Positions 23,995-37,450 of a stretch of 58,474 nt of DNA are shown here, in pieces. Position numbers and translations under genes: made by a program. Origin of the DNA: Chiloscyllium plagiosum. Taxonomy: Eukaryota. The notes beneath the pieces were generated by a model. That model ran no database searches. It was not told where the DNA came from and saw nothing but the letters and a program-made list of their open reading frames with translations. Every line of letters begins with the position of its first letter. The first letter of the stretch is position 1. Where the stretch lies: positions 61,968,519 through 62,026,992 of the forward strand of contig NC_057726.1 of the NCBI RefSeq assembly GCF_004010195.1. The letters run 5' to 3'.

Positions 23995-26683
23995 TCATGT
24001 ATCAGAAATAAGGTGGGTGAACTTAAGGTGTGGATCGGTACCTGGGACTATGATGTTGTGGCCATCACGGAAACATGGATAGAAGAGGGACAGGAATGGT
24101 TGTTGGAGGTTCCTGGTTACAGATGTTTCAGTAAGATTAGGGAGGGTGGTAAAAAAGGAGGGGTTGACGTTGCTAATTAGAAATTGTATAACGGCTGCTG
24201 AAAGGCAGTTCTTGCCTTTGGAGGTAGTATGGGCTGAAGTCAGAAACAGGAAAGGAGCAGTCACCTTGTTGGGTGTTTACTATAGGCCCCCCAATAGCAG
24301 CAGAGATGTGGAGAAACAGATTGGGAAACAAATTTTGGAAAGGTGCAGAAGCCACAGGATAGTAGTCATGGGCGATTTCAATTTCCAAATATTGATTGGA
24401 AGCTCTTTAGATCAAGTAGATTGGATGGGGTGGTGTTTGTGCAGTGTGTACAGGAAGCTTTTCGAACTCAGTATGTAGATTGTCCGACCAGAGGGGATGC
24501 CATATTCGATTTGGCACTTGGTAATGAACCGGGACAAGTGATGGGCTTGTTAATGGGTGAGCATTTTGGTGATGGTCACCACAATTCTGTGACTTTCACC
24601 TTGGTTATGGAGAGAGACAGGTGCGTGCAACAGGGTAGGTTTTACAATTGGGGGAAGGGTAAATCTGATGCTGTAAGACAGGATCTGAGGAGCATATGTT
24701 GGGAGCATAGGCTGTCAGGGAAGGATGTCGTGGAAATGTGGAACTTTTTCAAGGAACAGATACGACGTGTCCTTGATATGTATGTACCTGTCAGGCAGGA
24801 AAGAGATGGTCGTGTGAGGGAACCTTGGTTGACGAGGGAGGTTGAATGACTTGTAAAGAGGAAGAAGGAGGCTTACATAAGGTTGAGGAAACAAGGTTCA
24901 AACAGAGTGTTGGAGGGATACAGGAGCTGAAGACAGGGATTAGGAGAGCTAAGAGAGGGCATGAAAAATCTTTGGTGGATAGGATCACGGATAACCCCAA
25001 GGCATTTTATGCGTATATGAGAAACATGAGAATGACGAGAACGAGGGTAGGTCAGATCAAGGACAGTAGTGGCAGACTGTGTATTGAGTCGGAAGAGATA
25101 GGAGAGGTCTTGAATGAGTACTTTTCTTCAGTATTTACGAACGAGAGGGACCGTATTGTTGAAGAGGAGAGTGTGAAANNNNNNNNNNNNNNNNNNNNNN
25201 NNNNNNNNNNNNNNNNNNNNNNNNNNNNNNNNNNNNNNNNNNNNNNNNNNNNNNNNNNNNNNNNNNNNNNNNNNNNNNNNNNNNNNNNNNNNNNNNNNNN
25301 NNNNNNNNNNNNNNNNNNNNNNNNNNNNNNNNNNNNNNNNNNNNNNNNNNNNNNNNNNNNNNNNNNNNNNNNNNNNNNNNNNNNNNNNNNNNNNNNNNNN
25401 NNNNNNNNNNNNNNNNNNNNNNNNNNNNNNNNNNNNNNNNNNNNNNNNNNNNNNNNNNNNNNNNNNNNNNNNNNNNNNNNNNNNNNNNNNNNNNNNNNNN
25501 NNNNNNNNNNNNNNNNNNNNNNNNNNNNNNNNNNNNNNNNNNNNNNNNNNNNNNNNNNNNNNNNNNNNNNNNNNNNNNNNNNNNNNNNNNNNNNNNNNNN
25601 NNNNNNNNNNNNNNNNNNNNNNNNNNNNNNNNNNNNNNNNNNNNNNNNNNNNNNNNNNNNNNNNNNNNNNNNNNNNNNNNNNNNNNNNNNNNNNNNNNNN
25701 NNNNNNNNNNNNNNNNNNNNNNNNNNNNNNNNNNNNNNNNNNNNNNNNNNNNNNNNNNNNNNNNNNNNNNNNNNGAGGGAGTCGGAGGGTGGGTCAGTAA
25801 ATTTGCAGATGATACGAAGATTGGTGGAGTTGTGGATAGTGAGGAGGGCTGTTGTCGGCTGCAAAGGGACTTAGATATGATGCAGAGCTGGGCTGAGGAG
25901 TGGCAGATGGAGTTCAACCCTGTCAAGTGTGAGGTTGACATTTTGGAAAGACAAATAAGAATGCGGAATACAGGGTTGACGGTAGGGTTCTTAGTAAGGT
26001 GGAGGAGCAGAGCGATCTTGGGGTCTATGTTCATAGATCTTTGAAAGTTGCCACTCAGGTGGATAGAGCTTGTAAGAAGGCCTATGGTGTATTAGCGTTC
26101 ATTAGCAGAGGGATTGAATTCAAGAGTCGTGAAGTGATGTTGCAGCTATACAGGACCTTGGTTCGGCCACATTTGGAGTACTGTGTGCAGTTCTGGTCGC
26201 CTCACTTTATGAATGATGTGGAAGCTTTGGAGGGGATGCAGAGAAGATTTACCAGGATGTTGCCTGGAATGGAGAATAGGTCGTACGAGGATAGGTTGAG
26301 AGTGCTAGGCCTTTTCTCATTAGAACGGTGAAAGATGAGGGGTGACTTGATAGAGGTGTATAAGATGATCAGGGGAATAGATAGAGTAGACAGTCAGAAA
26401 CTTTTTCCCCGGGTACAACAGAGTGTTACAAGGGGACATAAATTTAAGGTGAAGGGTGGAAGGTATAGGGGGGATGTCAGGGGTAGGTTCTTTACCCAGA
26501 GAGTGGTGGGGGCATGGAATGCGCTGCCTGTGGGAGTAGCAGAGTCAGAATCATTGGCGACCTTTAAGCGGCAATTGGATAGGTACATGGATGGGTGCTT
26601 AAGCTAGGACAAATGTTCGGCACAACATCGTGGGCCGAAGGGCCTGTTCTGTGCTATATTGTTCTATGTTCTATGTTCTATGT
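23995..26683 (+). mobile_element. Relatively young CR1 LINE ORF2 (APE + RT) with (TTCTATG)n tail, in gene B intron 3; contains assembly gap 25179-25774
   Basis: DVVAITETW, GVYYRPP, VMGDFN, KFADD and RPHLEYCVQFWSP; a few frameshifts and stops; heptamer tail at ~26660-26683. Confidence 0.95.
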
Positions 26684-26880
26684 CATTCTTTGCGGGATGT
26701 AGTTAGTTCGGACACTAGATCTATAAAGTTAAATTGTTTTAAAAAATGGTAATCTGAGAATATGTTGCATAGCTGCATACATACGAGCAGTACTTGAACC
26801 AGCAAATTATCTCGAGATTTCTTTTTCGGCAACGACAGGTGTAAATAACAAATTAAACACTAATCGTTTTGATCTTGCAG

Positions 26881-26991
26881 ATCTCAATGATAAATATCAG
26901 TTTATCTGGATGTCTGGATATGTGATGGGTGGACTGGCAATTCTGGTATTCATCATCGTTGTTGGGATCAAAATCTGTTCAAAAAATGACG
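26881..26991 (+). CDS. Gene B exon 4, uncharged transmembrane (DLNDKYQFIWMSGYVMGGLAILVFIIVVGIKICSKND)
   Basis: Acceptor tcttgcag|, donor G|gtaggt, phase 1-1; homologous to the gene A TM exon. Confidence 0.9.
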
Positions 26992-28049
26992 GTAGGTATG
27001 ACCTTAATCCTTTGATAATTATATAGATCATCAGAAAGGTCGGAAGAGTGTCTGAAGGGTATCATGTGGGAATGGCGATTGGTTGATATGCAAAGGAAAC
27101 CGTTTGCTGGAGCTCGGGACTAAATTTAGAATTCATAATGGAAGGATCGTCACAAAATGAAAATGAAAAATCTGGTTATTGGATATTACGAACGGAAATT
27201 TCCACATTCTAAGTATGGGAATCTTAATTTGATATGATCTTTCAGTTTGTCTAGTTCGTCATCTTCTGTTATGTTCTTCCAACTAATCATGGAGGGATTC
27301 AGATTTCCGATGGAATTCTGAATCTGTAAGCTTCCTAACGAACTGCACATGAGATTGCCATATGCTCACCTGGAATTGCGAAATGTGGTCTTAAATACAA
27401 AATCCAAATGCTTAATTAAAGATCTGAGGAAGCTGCGAGTCAGGAAGGCATTGTTATCTTTGTGAGAAAAATTTGCCCGACATCATTAGCGCCATTTTTG
27501 GCATCCTTTTAACCTATTGGTTCTTTACAGTTACAGACTTGGAACCACGAGGTCACAGTATTGCAGTGCTCATGCTACTGGACGAGTAATCCAAAGTTCT
27601 AGATCTATGATTCATTGCAGATTGGGAAGACTTTTTAATCCACTTAAAACTTAGATAAACTTTTGGCCTCAGTAAGAGATTATTAATTTTAGGGGCTGTC
27701 ACAAAACGCCAAGTAAAAGATCATCTCAACTGTTTAGCAGATACTGAACTATGTGTAACGCCAGTCAGAAGGCCCTTTGGTAATGGGCCTTCAAAATGGT
27801 GATGCAGGCCGCGTGGTTGTGTTTTGATAAGTGCGACTAAAGATCGACAGTAAGTATCTTTGCCAGTGCTCTCCCTGTCTTGAGAATGAATTATGCAATA
27901 ATTTTATCTACCATTCTTTCCATGTGCTTACTATTTTTATTAAATCCACAAAACATGGCATAGCCCTCTCCTTTGCATACGAAAGATCTTATATACGGTG
28001 TGTGCCCACGTAGCTCATTACCTTAGCAATGGAAAGCCAGTCTTATTTA

Positions 28050-28680
28050 TTTATTCATTCATTTTGTGCGATGTAGGCATCTCTGGCTGACCAACATTTA
28101 TTGCTTGTCCCTAGATGGCCTTGAGAAAGTGGTGTCCACCTGCTGTGGGCTGACCCATTATGACATTAGGGAGGGAATTCATTCGGGAGGACCCAGCAAC
28201 AGTGAATAAATACCGATATATTTCCAAGTCAGGGTGGTGAGTGGCTTGGAGGGGAACTACAGGGGTTGGTGTTCCCATCTATCAGATGCCCTTATCCTTC
28301 TAGATTGAAGTGGACATGGGTTTGGAAGGTGCTGTCTAAAGATGTTTGGTGAATTTCTGCAGTGCATATTGTAGATGGTACACACTGCTGCTATGAGCAT
28401 AGGAGGTGCAGGGAGTGGATGCTTGTGGATACAATGCCAATCAAGCAGGCTACTTTCTTCTGGGTTTTGTCAAGCTTCTTGAGTGTTGTTGGGGCTGCTC
28501 TCATCTGGCTAGTGGGGAGCATTTCATCGCACTCCTGATTTATGCCTTGGCGATGAGGGCAGACGTCGGGAGTCAATAGGTGAGTTAGTCATCGCAGTAT
28601 TCCTAGCCTCTGACCTGCTCTTGGAGCCATTGTATTTATCTAGTGAGTTCAGTTGAGCGTTCGTTAGACCAAAGTTTGCA
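28050..28680 (-). mobile_element. LINE 3' fragment (same family as ~16000-16320 and ~36760-37350)
   Basis: Shared tttggaaggtgct...gaatttctgcagtgc motifs. Confidence 0.6.
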
Positions 28681-29065
28681 CTTCATTGGTGACCAAAATT
28701 GGTCAGAGCATTCAATGGTCTGAACTGAACGACGAGCACATTCTATATTTTGTTTGGTTCCTCATATCTTTTATGATACTGCATTACACCTGAGTTTTAC
28801 ATCTTGTAGTTTACCCATTGCTGATCTGCATTGAATTTCCATATTTCTAGCATGGTCTACTAAATGCTAGATAACTTACAAATTCTAAATTTCCAATCTG
28901 TTTGAATGGAGTGTATGGAATCAGTTTTACTCATATTTAATGGAGCTCCCAGCTCGCTATATATTTCATGTATATAATCATGTAAAAGTCTACCTTTCGA
29001 TGGAAATACTTCTGAATACACAAATTGTAATCAGTGAACCTAATTCAATTGCACTATTTTGCCAG

Positions 29066-29109
29066 GTAAAAAAGAAAATGTAACAACTGTGAATTCTTAT
29101 GATGAGCAG
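29066..29109 (+). CDS. Gene B exon 5, cytoplasmic (GKKENVTTVNSYDEQ)
   Basis: Acceptor ttttgccag|, strong donor CAG|gtaagc; 44 nt, phase 1 to 0, exactly what is needed to join the TM exon to the ITIM exon. Confidence 0.82.
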
Positions 29110-29619
29110 GTAAGCTGATGTTATTTGTCCCAAGAAATGGATTCCAATTTATATATACCTTGTTAAAATGGAAATGTTTCATCACAGGCTTTCGCAACAA
29201 GTACTTGCTTATCGTTGATATGATGTTCAAAGTCATTTGAAATTTGAGTAAGATAGCTGAGTGATGAGGAAACGATTGGCAACTTTAACATTGTGAAGCT
29301 CTGCAATAAGGAGACCAACCCTGGCCAAGGGTTAATTTTGCAGCATTTGGTAAATGACTAAAATACTGAAACTGCCTCTCGTTTAAAAATATCTATGACA
29401 CTATTGTGGTGAAAATCTATAAATGAAATATCAGTTACAATAGGCACCGTATTACTGTCCTCATCATCAACAGACGTTTACACATACAGTATTAACCGTT
29501 GCTTCTGCATCAGTTGATAGCCCAGGCACCTTTATGTTGACTGTCTAAGCATCAGTCTCTAACTGTTAAAATCAATTAACTAACCAGCTGACAAACCGCC
29601 TCCTTCTTGTCTCATGCAG

Positions 29620-29742
29620 CCGGTTGCGACCCAAAACGTGATTTATACTGCAGTAGATTTGAAAAACACCAATAAAACTTCAAGAGCTCGAGATGACCAA
29701 GACGCGACAGCGTACGCTCAAGTGAAGCTCAGAAGTTCATAA
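29620..29742 (+). CDS. Gene B exon 6, cytoplasmic tail with ITIM (VIYTAV) and ITSM (TAYAQV)
   Basis: Acceptor ccttcttgtctcatgcag|; PVATQNVIYTAVDLKNTNKTSRARDDQDATAYAQVKLRSS*; spliced CDS is 966 nt = 321 aa + stop. Confidence 0.9.
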   Translation, partial: PVATQNVIYTAVDLKNTNKTSRARDDQDATAYAQVKLRSS

Positions 29743-30367
29743 AGGAAATGTTGATGCCCCGTGAAAAACCGATAATCATACTACAGCAGAGTGTTTGAAG
29801 ATTCTGTGTCTTTCATAGTGCATTGTCTCTAAAGCTTCATGTAATTCTGATGAATGCATTGAGCTGGACTCAGAAATTGCAAAATCAATGAATCAACAAT
29901 ACTTTCAAACGTCGGTTGTTCATGTAAAGCAGGGGACTGGTCTAATAAGGTAACATATTTGACTCCAGAATTCTCTGGATTTGAGAAATCCGAACAAACT
30001 ACAGAGAGACAAAAAAACTAAGGAAGCATAGAATTTGTCGAGAAAATCCAAAGCAGTCAAGACAGTTTACAGAGAATCAGTAACTGAAGGGCGCTGCAAT
30101 CTTGAGTGCACAAAACCGTTGTTCTTGTTTCACAAACCGTGACTTGTTTCATATTATTCCATTTGCGATGGAATTGACACCTGACGTGCTATGAGTGAGC
30201 CCGGGATCCGCACTGACAGTTTAGCTCTTTTAAAATGAAGGCATAAATTGTCCCCCTGCGTGTATCCAATTATTGAGATGTAGGACATTTGAACGCTATA
30301 GAATGTAAAACAGCCATTGCGGTTTTAAATTATTTTGTAATTATTAGTCAGCTATATACATACTTAC

Positions 30368-30373
30368 AATAAA
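30368..30373 (+). other. Candidate polyadenylation signal of gene B
   Basis: AATAAA ~630 nt after the stop. Confidence 0.45.
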
Positions 30374-33300
30374 AATTGCTTTCAATATAAATCTGCATTG
30401 AAACATATTTACAAAGTCGTACTATTATATACTTACTGTCATGCTGCGTCTACATTTTATCATGCACACGAATAGATTCCTTCCTTCTAGTTCCAAATCG
30501 ACCTTAATGCAACGTGTATTTTCTTTCAGAGAACGCAAGAACAGAAAATTGTATTTGAACTTCATAAATTATGTCACAGCGTCCGATTTTCATTCAGGGC
30601 GATCGTCCTGGTTTAGAAATAAAGCATTTCCCTCCATAATCTGAGTGAAGCTTATTTCTCAATGACACGTACACAGCTGAGCTCTGGGTTGGCTTGCCAT
30701 TTCATTTGGAAACATTATTGCTAGTCTTTGCGTATTCGAGTATAATCTTGTGGCTTCCATAATACGCAACAGGCCGTTAACTTCAACTAAGAGAAGGGTT
30801 CTGAAAGAAATAATGAGAAGTTATTCGGGGTATTATAAATTAATGAATGAGAAAACGTGCTAAACTAATTACATCCTCGTTGTAGAAAATAAAACACATC
30901 AAATTGTTACTTTAATGTTTCATGGTCTGTCAATTAATGCATGTAGGTTTTTGTTGTGAACCATTTCTTCTATTACTGAGTCTGGTGCCAGAAATGCTAT
31001 AAAGCAGGGTTCAAAATATTGAGTTGAGTCTAAGTTGGGAGTAACTTGACTAATTTATATGACCAGGCATTACTGCAGCTAGTGAGGGGAGGAAATTAGC
31101 CAACTAGGCCAGAAGATTAAATATATTTAGGGCCTGATTTTTAACTTTCTGTGGATGAATAGATTCTGTGACAGCTTAAGTTTGACTCTAACTTGAAAAA
31201 AAAAGCAAATTATGTAAATAGTTGGCTAATGCTTTAGGTACGGTTATCACTGGTTCGTTATTGAATCTGTGTAATACCGAAAAAGGAATATATGTGCAAT
31301 ACCAAGTATTTTAAAGACTAAGACCACGACAGCATTGAGGTAAAAACAATGACTGCAGATGCTGGAAACCAGATTCTGGATCAGTTGTGCTGGAAGAGCA
31401 CAGCAGTTCAGGCATAGAACCCAGCTATTCTTTTGGTAGACATTGCGCCATTGCTTGTATCCACGTGAAACACAGTGTTAAATAATTTGTCCTGCAACTT
31501 ATCTTCACAATATTTGATATTATCTCTGCCATGCAATTACTTTCGACTAAGAAATGTATTTTTAAGCAATATAATCAGCATACGGATTCACGTTCACACA
31601 CACCCGTGGCATGTAGGAAGAGTGCGGTAATTCTTTACCATGAAATTTCTGAAATTGACAACTACTGCCACTGTTCATGCGACAACTGTAATATTTAAAC
31701 AATTGATTGCAATCTTGAAAACAATTATGTGCTTATGCATTAATCTTCTCAGCGCCATTATGGTGACAATGATAGCTTGGGCGTTGTTGGAACTGCACTG
31801 ATTCAGGCAATGACTTGTACCTTGCAGATGGTGAACATGCTTTGGGAAGTCCGGTGGCAAGTTACTTCTGTCAGGATTTCTAGATGTGACCCGCTCTTGA
31901 AGCTATTACAATTATATGTTAGCCCCAATTCACTTTTTGGTAACTCCCATGAAGTTGGTGGTGGGGAGTGCAGTAATGCCAACGCCATTGAATATTAAGC
32001 AGACGGGGAAGCAGAGTGATTAGATTGTCTCTTCTCCACGATGGTCTTATTGAAGATGTTTTTTTGCTTGGTATTTAAGTGCATGAATGTTACTTGCCAG
32101 TTTTCAGGCCAAGCCTGGATATCGTCCTGGTCTCGTTGCATATGTGCATGGAATGCTATTTGCCTATTGCAGTATCTGAATGTTTCCTTTAGTGCAGCAT
32201 TTATGGCTAGGAATCAATTATAGTCCAAGTAAAGTTTAGTATGATGTTACCTTTGCAATTTTTAAATACTGTACACCTCGAACAAAAATGGACTCGAATT
32301 TGGGGAGACTATTTTTTGCATTTTACAGTGAATACTATTACAGAATAATGCATGTAGGCAGAAAGGTAATTTCAACAGTCAGCAATTTAAACCAAACACT
32401 TAAGTTTTTCACTTTTAACTTTAAAGATGAACCTTTTCAGGCATTCTTTCTACTTTATACAGCTTTGATTAACCGTTAATCCCGCAATGAATGTGTTCAT
32501 CTGCAGGATTTCACATTCGCCATATTCCACTTTTCAGTAGATGATAGATTCACACTTATGGAAATTCCTGAATTCTCGTGTACCAATGACTTATATAGCT
32601 TGTAAGTAAAAGCAATAGAGAATCAGGCAGCTATTGCATCAATTATTTCCATGTCAAATCTCCTACTTTTATCATTGTGCTTTGTTTCTATGCCTCAACC
32701 TTATTATTTTGTGATCAATTGTAGCGAATATTTCCGTTCGAAATTCCATGCAATCACACCTGGGAATTCTTGCCTTGTCGCTTCCCTCTGCTATTGTTTC
32801 AAGTAATATCTAGTTTCATCGAAGAGAAATCAAGTGCACTGTATTTCAAAAAAAAGTCTGCCGGTTGCTCTTGATAAACTTGTGCTTGTAGAAGTGTTTG
32901 GAAATTTTTGTCGAGTTTGTGGCCGGGCCCGTCAAATATAAATAAACAATTTTGTCACTACATATTTAAAAATAAATGTTGCCACATTCGTTAAACATTC
33001 TTTTGAAAACTAGGTGACAGGTTCTTGAGAAGTGGAAAAGATAATGAGTAAACGACTAACTAAAGTTTCCATCTTATTTTGTTCCATAATAAGCATTGCA
33101 AAATGTGAAGGCACGTTTGTGGGTTGTCGAGGCTAAGTCAAGAATATGACTTGATAACTCATTTCTGGTGAGCCAGTGCTAATTTTAACTTACATGCTAA
33201 TTGCAACACTCTGAAAATATAATGTTTGCAAAGCGATGGCTATTCCACCTCACAGTTCAATGCAATCATATAAGCAGATGTTTATTTTAAACAGCAATTA

Positions 33301-35229
33301 CGCTCGATATTTTCCATTATAAATGTCCCAAAACACATTATCAGATTGCAGTTGTAACCTGGTCACTTTAAAACGGACTTAAATGCTTCCAATCTTTTCA
33401 CCGTTCAATGTCACATGACATGTAGATTTTTCTTTTCCTAACTGTGTGACGAGGTCCAGAGACGTGAAATGCAGGGTGATGGATCCAGGGGACCAGCCGT
33501 GTATCGAACTGAAAATATCATCTGAACTGATAGATGGAAGTTTCAGGGTCTCTATTAGTGTACATCGATGACTGCACATTTTCAGAATGCTCACCTTACA
33601 AACAATGGAAGTATGGAGGCACTAAGACTGCATCCTGGGGAACTGTTAGACAATTGGACATACAACTGAGTTTCAGAGGTGTGCTAGCAACAGAAAATTC
33701 TCTCTTGTTTAATTAAGCAGAAACAAAGCTGCATATTTATTTGTATTGAAACTGTAGGCAATTAGGCAAGAATCGATGTATGTGATATTAGTGGATTTTC
33801 AAGCAAATGTCGTTAATAATTTTGCAAGTTTAATTTATTAGTATCCCAGACAAACGCCTTTGATATACGTCCTGATCACCATCTGAATAATCTATTTCTC
33901 CATGACCTATTGATCCTCAGAAATTTTAGTTAAAGAACATTAATGAACCTGATGATTTTTCCCAACAATTAACAACGAGTTTATGGTAATCACCAGACTT
34001 TTAATTCAAGATTGTTTAACATTGAATTAATATATCACAATCGCCATAATAGGATTCAAAGCCGGGTTCACAGAACATTACCTGTGACTCTGAATTAACT
34101 GTCCAACGATAACAAGATTATGCCATTGCCTCCTCAGATATTTGCACAGATGATCTTTAAGTGTCAAATGTATTGTGTCTGTCAGGTGTCATATGCAGAC
34201 AGAGCAGGTAAGGACAGCAGATTCCCTTTATGAAAGGATACTCGTGAACTGGATGATGTTTAAAACAACCAAAAATGTCTACATGGTTGCTGTTGGCTAG
34301 CTTTTTACCGAATTCAAGTTTCACCATTTCCATGGTGGGATTCAAACCCCTGTCTCCAGAACATTAATGTGGGGTTCTGGTAACTAGCTCAATTACATTA
34401 CGACGACGCCACCACATCCCCATACACTTACAGCATTACAAAATTATTTCTTGCTGTTATGACCATGCGCACCAGAGCAGTCTCTCGGCCTCAAAGCACA
34501 GGTCTTTCACCTGTTTATGTAATTTATTGATGGTTAAATAAACAAATTGGGTCTGGAAGTGCAGTTAAACCATGCAGCATGGGGAAACCATTTTTTGTCT
34601 GAGCCATTTCAAATCGTAGTTTTCCACTTAATGTCAGATACCATGGACTTATCTTGCAGTTCGTGCATGGAGCAGATCAGATGGTTATGCGGGAGAACAT
34701 ACAATCTTACAACCCATGAAGTCATTAGAGAGAATAATATGTGAACGACGTATCGGTAACTTCAATTTTCACTGACTGTTAGTATTATATCCAAGATGAA
34801 AAACATTCATGTGTAATGTAGCTGTCAAACCTGCAAGAAAGTTAAGTGGATTGTTAGATTTTAGGCCATTTGACTCTATTGTATTTTATTTATGTTCAAC
34901 TCACTTTTTGCCAATGTTTAATTGTGGTTAGGTAGTTGGGCCTTGGGTCACGCTCTGTATCTAGTTGTGTCGGCAGATGAATTTAGCTGGAAGGCGTAAT
35001 TGTTTATGAGTCATCTTCAGGGTTCTAACAAATGAAACAGTACTGCTCCATAAGAAGAATAACGGCATGTGATGGCACAATCTTGCTATGTGGTATTGAG
35101 ATGCTGTTGATGTAAATTCATGGTATAATCTTCCTGATTGCACACAAATGTTTAAATGTGTCAAACTTCTTGAAAATTCGAATAATTTATCTCACATCCG
35201 AATTAGGAGCAAGAATATTTTACTTAGAA

Positions 35230-37450
35230 TCTCAAATTTGACCCATCATTCAATAATGTCATGGCTGTTCTGATTACAATGTCAACTGTATATTCTCGAC
35301 TACATTTCACAAGCCTTCTTTCCATTGTTTATTAAGAATCAACCCATGCCTTAAAAATGTACAAATAGTCTGCATCTACCACATTTTGAGGAATGGTTGG
35401 AAAGACCTCCGGCAATTTGCGGTATAATGAATTCCTTATCTCTGTTCTAAAAGGCAACTCCTGTTATAAAAGTGTGGCTTCCAGTTCGACAGTTTCCACG
35501 AGAGGAAGGATAATGTTCATGACCACCCTGTAAAGACTCATCAGGATCCTATATGTCTCAATTAAGTCACTTTTTCCTCTTCCAAATTCTAGAGGACATA
35601 GTCTTAACGATGACAATGTAACCCACACATTCCTGGTATCTCCCAGCGCTACCCTCATCCCTTTTTTATTATTGATGAAAAGCTTATACCTCTGCCTGAC
35701 CAGCTGTGTTTTTCCAGCGCCACACTTTTCAACACACATTTTTGATATCATCTCTGGTAAAGCTTCTCCAACTGCTTCTAAAACAATTACATGCTTCCTT
35801 AATATAAAATGAGGCCAAGACTGAATACAGTACCCCAGACATGTTTTCACCAATGACCTGCATAATTTTACGAGGTTCTCACTACTTTTGTGTTCAATTC
35901 CACCTCATTATAAATGCTGAAATTCTATTAGATTTCATAATAACTTACTGCACCTCCATACTAACCTTCACTTTTTGCTGACTTGGAAGATGTGACATCG
36001 ATTGCAGGCCAGCATTTATTGCTGCTCCCCAGTTGCCCTTGCTGAGGTTTAACTCATAATGCAATTAGGGAAGGAATTCCAAGATTTGGACCCAACAACA
36101 GTGAAGGAATGGCGATATATTTCCACAGTCAGAGTGATGAATGGCTTGGCAGGACTCTTGACGATGTTGGTGCTCCCATGTATATTCTTGTTCTTCTAAA
36201 TGGAACCGGTCATGCATTTGGAAGATGCTATCCGAAGATCCTTGGCGAATTTCTGCATTGCATCTCATTGAGAGCACATAATGCCGCAATTGACCATCAA
36301 TGGAGCCAATGGAATGAATTCCTTATCTCTGCCCAAAATTACAACTCCTGCTTATAAACTGCAGCCTCCAGTTGGAGAATCATCCGTAAAAGGAGACATA
36401 ATGTCCACATCCACTCTGTGAAGACTCCTCACGAGCCTGTATATCTCAATCAAGTTACTTTTTACTCTTCCAAATTCTAGACGATATAAACTTAATCATG
36501 TATGCAAAGTGCGTATTCCTGGTATTATCACTAGTAAAGCTTCTACAACTGTTTCCAATGCAATTTATGTTTCTTTAAAACATAAAAAGACTAGTACTGA
36601 ACACTTTAATCCAGATATGTTCTCAAGAATGACCTGTACAATCGAAACATAATCTCGCTACATTTGTAAACAATTTCCCTCATTGTAAATGGTGAAATTC
36701 CGTTAGATTTCATATGTAATTACTGCGCCTCCCTACCAATCATTTATTTTTATTATTTTGGAATGTGGCTATCGCTGACTGGCTAGACTTTTTTGCTGCT
36801 CCCTTGTTGCCCATGAACAGTTAATGGTGAGTTGCCTTCTTGAATTTCGACAGTGCACCTCCTGCAGATTGACCCATAATGCCGCAGGGGAGGGAATTCC
36901 AAGATTTTGATCCAGCGACAGGGAAGTAATTGCGATATATTTGCAAATCAGAAAGGCGAGTGGCTTGGAGAGATCTTTAACGTGGTGGTGTTCCCATGTA
37001 CCTACAGCCCTTGTCCTTCGAGGTGGAAGTGGTCGTGTGTTTGGAAGGTGCTATCTGAAGATCTTTGGTGAATTCTGCAGTGCTTATTGTAGATAGCATG
37101 CAGTGCTGCTCGGAGTGTCGGTGGTGAAGGGAGTGGATCCTCTGTCCTGGATGGTTTGAAGCATCTTGAGTATTGTTGGAGCTGCACCCATTGAGCCAAG
37201 TGGGGACTACTCCAACACACTCCTGATTTACGCCTTTTAGGTGATGTAGGGAGTTACTAAATAATTTACTGGCCATAGTAATCCTAGCCTCGGACCTGCT
37301 CTTGTAGCCACTATATTTATGTGGTGAGTCCTGTTGAGTTTCTGCAATGAATGCATTAAGGCACAAAGTTATTCAGTGTCTCAGAACTTTGTAACCTCTC
37401 ACCATTTAGAAAATAAACGTTTTTTTCATTCCTTAGGACGAAATTTTGCA
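35230..37450 (-). mobile_element. Nested degenerate CR1 and other LINE fragments, with a locally duplicated block (~35425-36260 resembles ~36310-37090)
   Basis: MVKTCLGYCIQSWPH and DLIETYRI motifs; aatgaattccttatctctg and ctcttccaaattctag each occur twice. Confidence 0.6.

Noticed and set aside
24846-26034. Long ORFs of 270-342 aa
   Set aside because: Artefacts of the N gap 25179-25774 inside a CR1.
27531-27589. Alternative cytoplasmic exon for gene B
   Set aside because: Hits a stop in phase 1. The 44-nt exon at 29066 has better splice sites and matches gene C in size.
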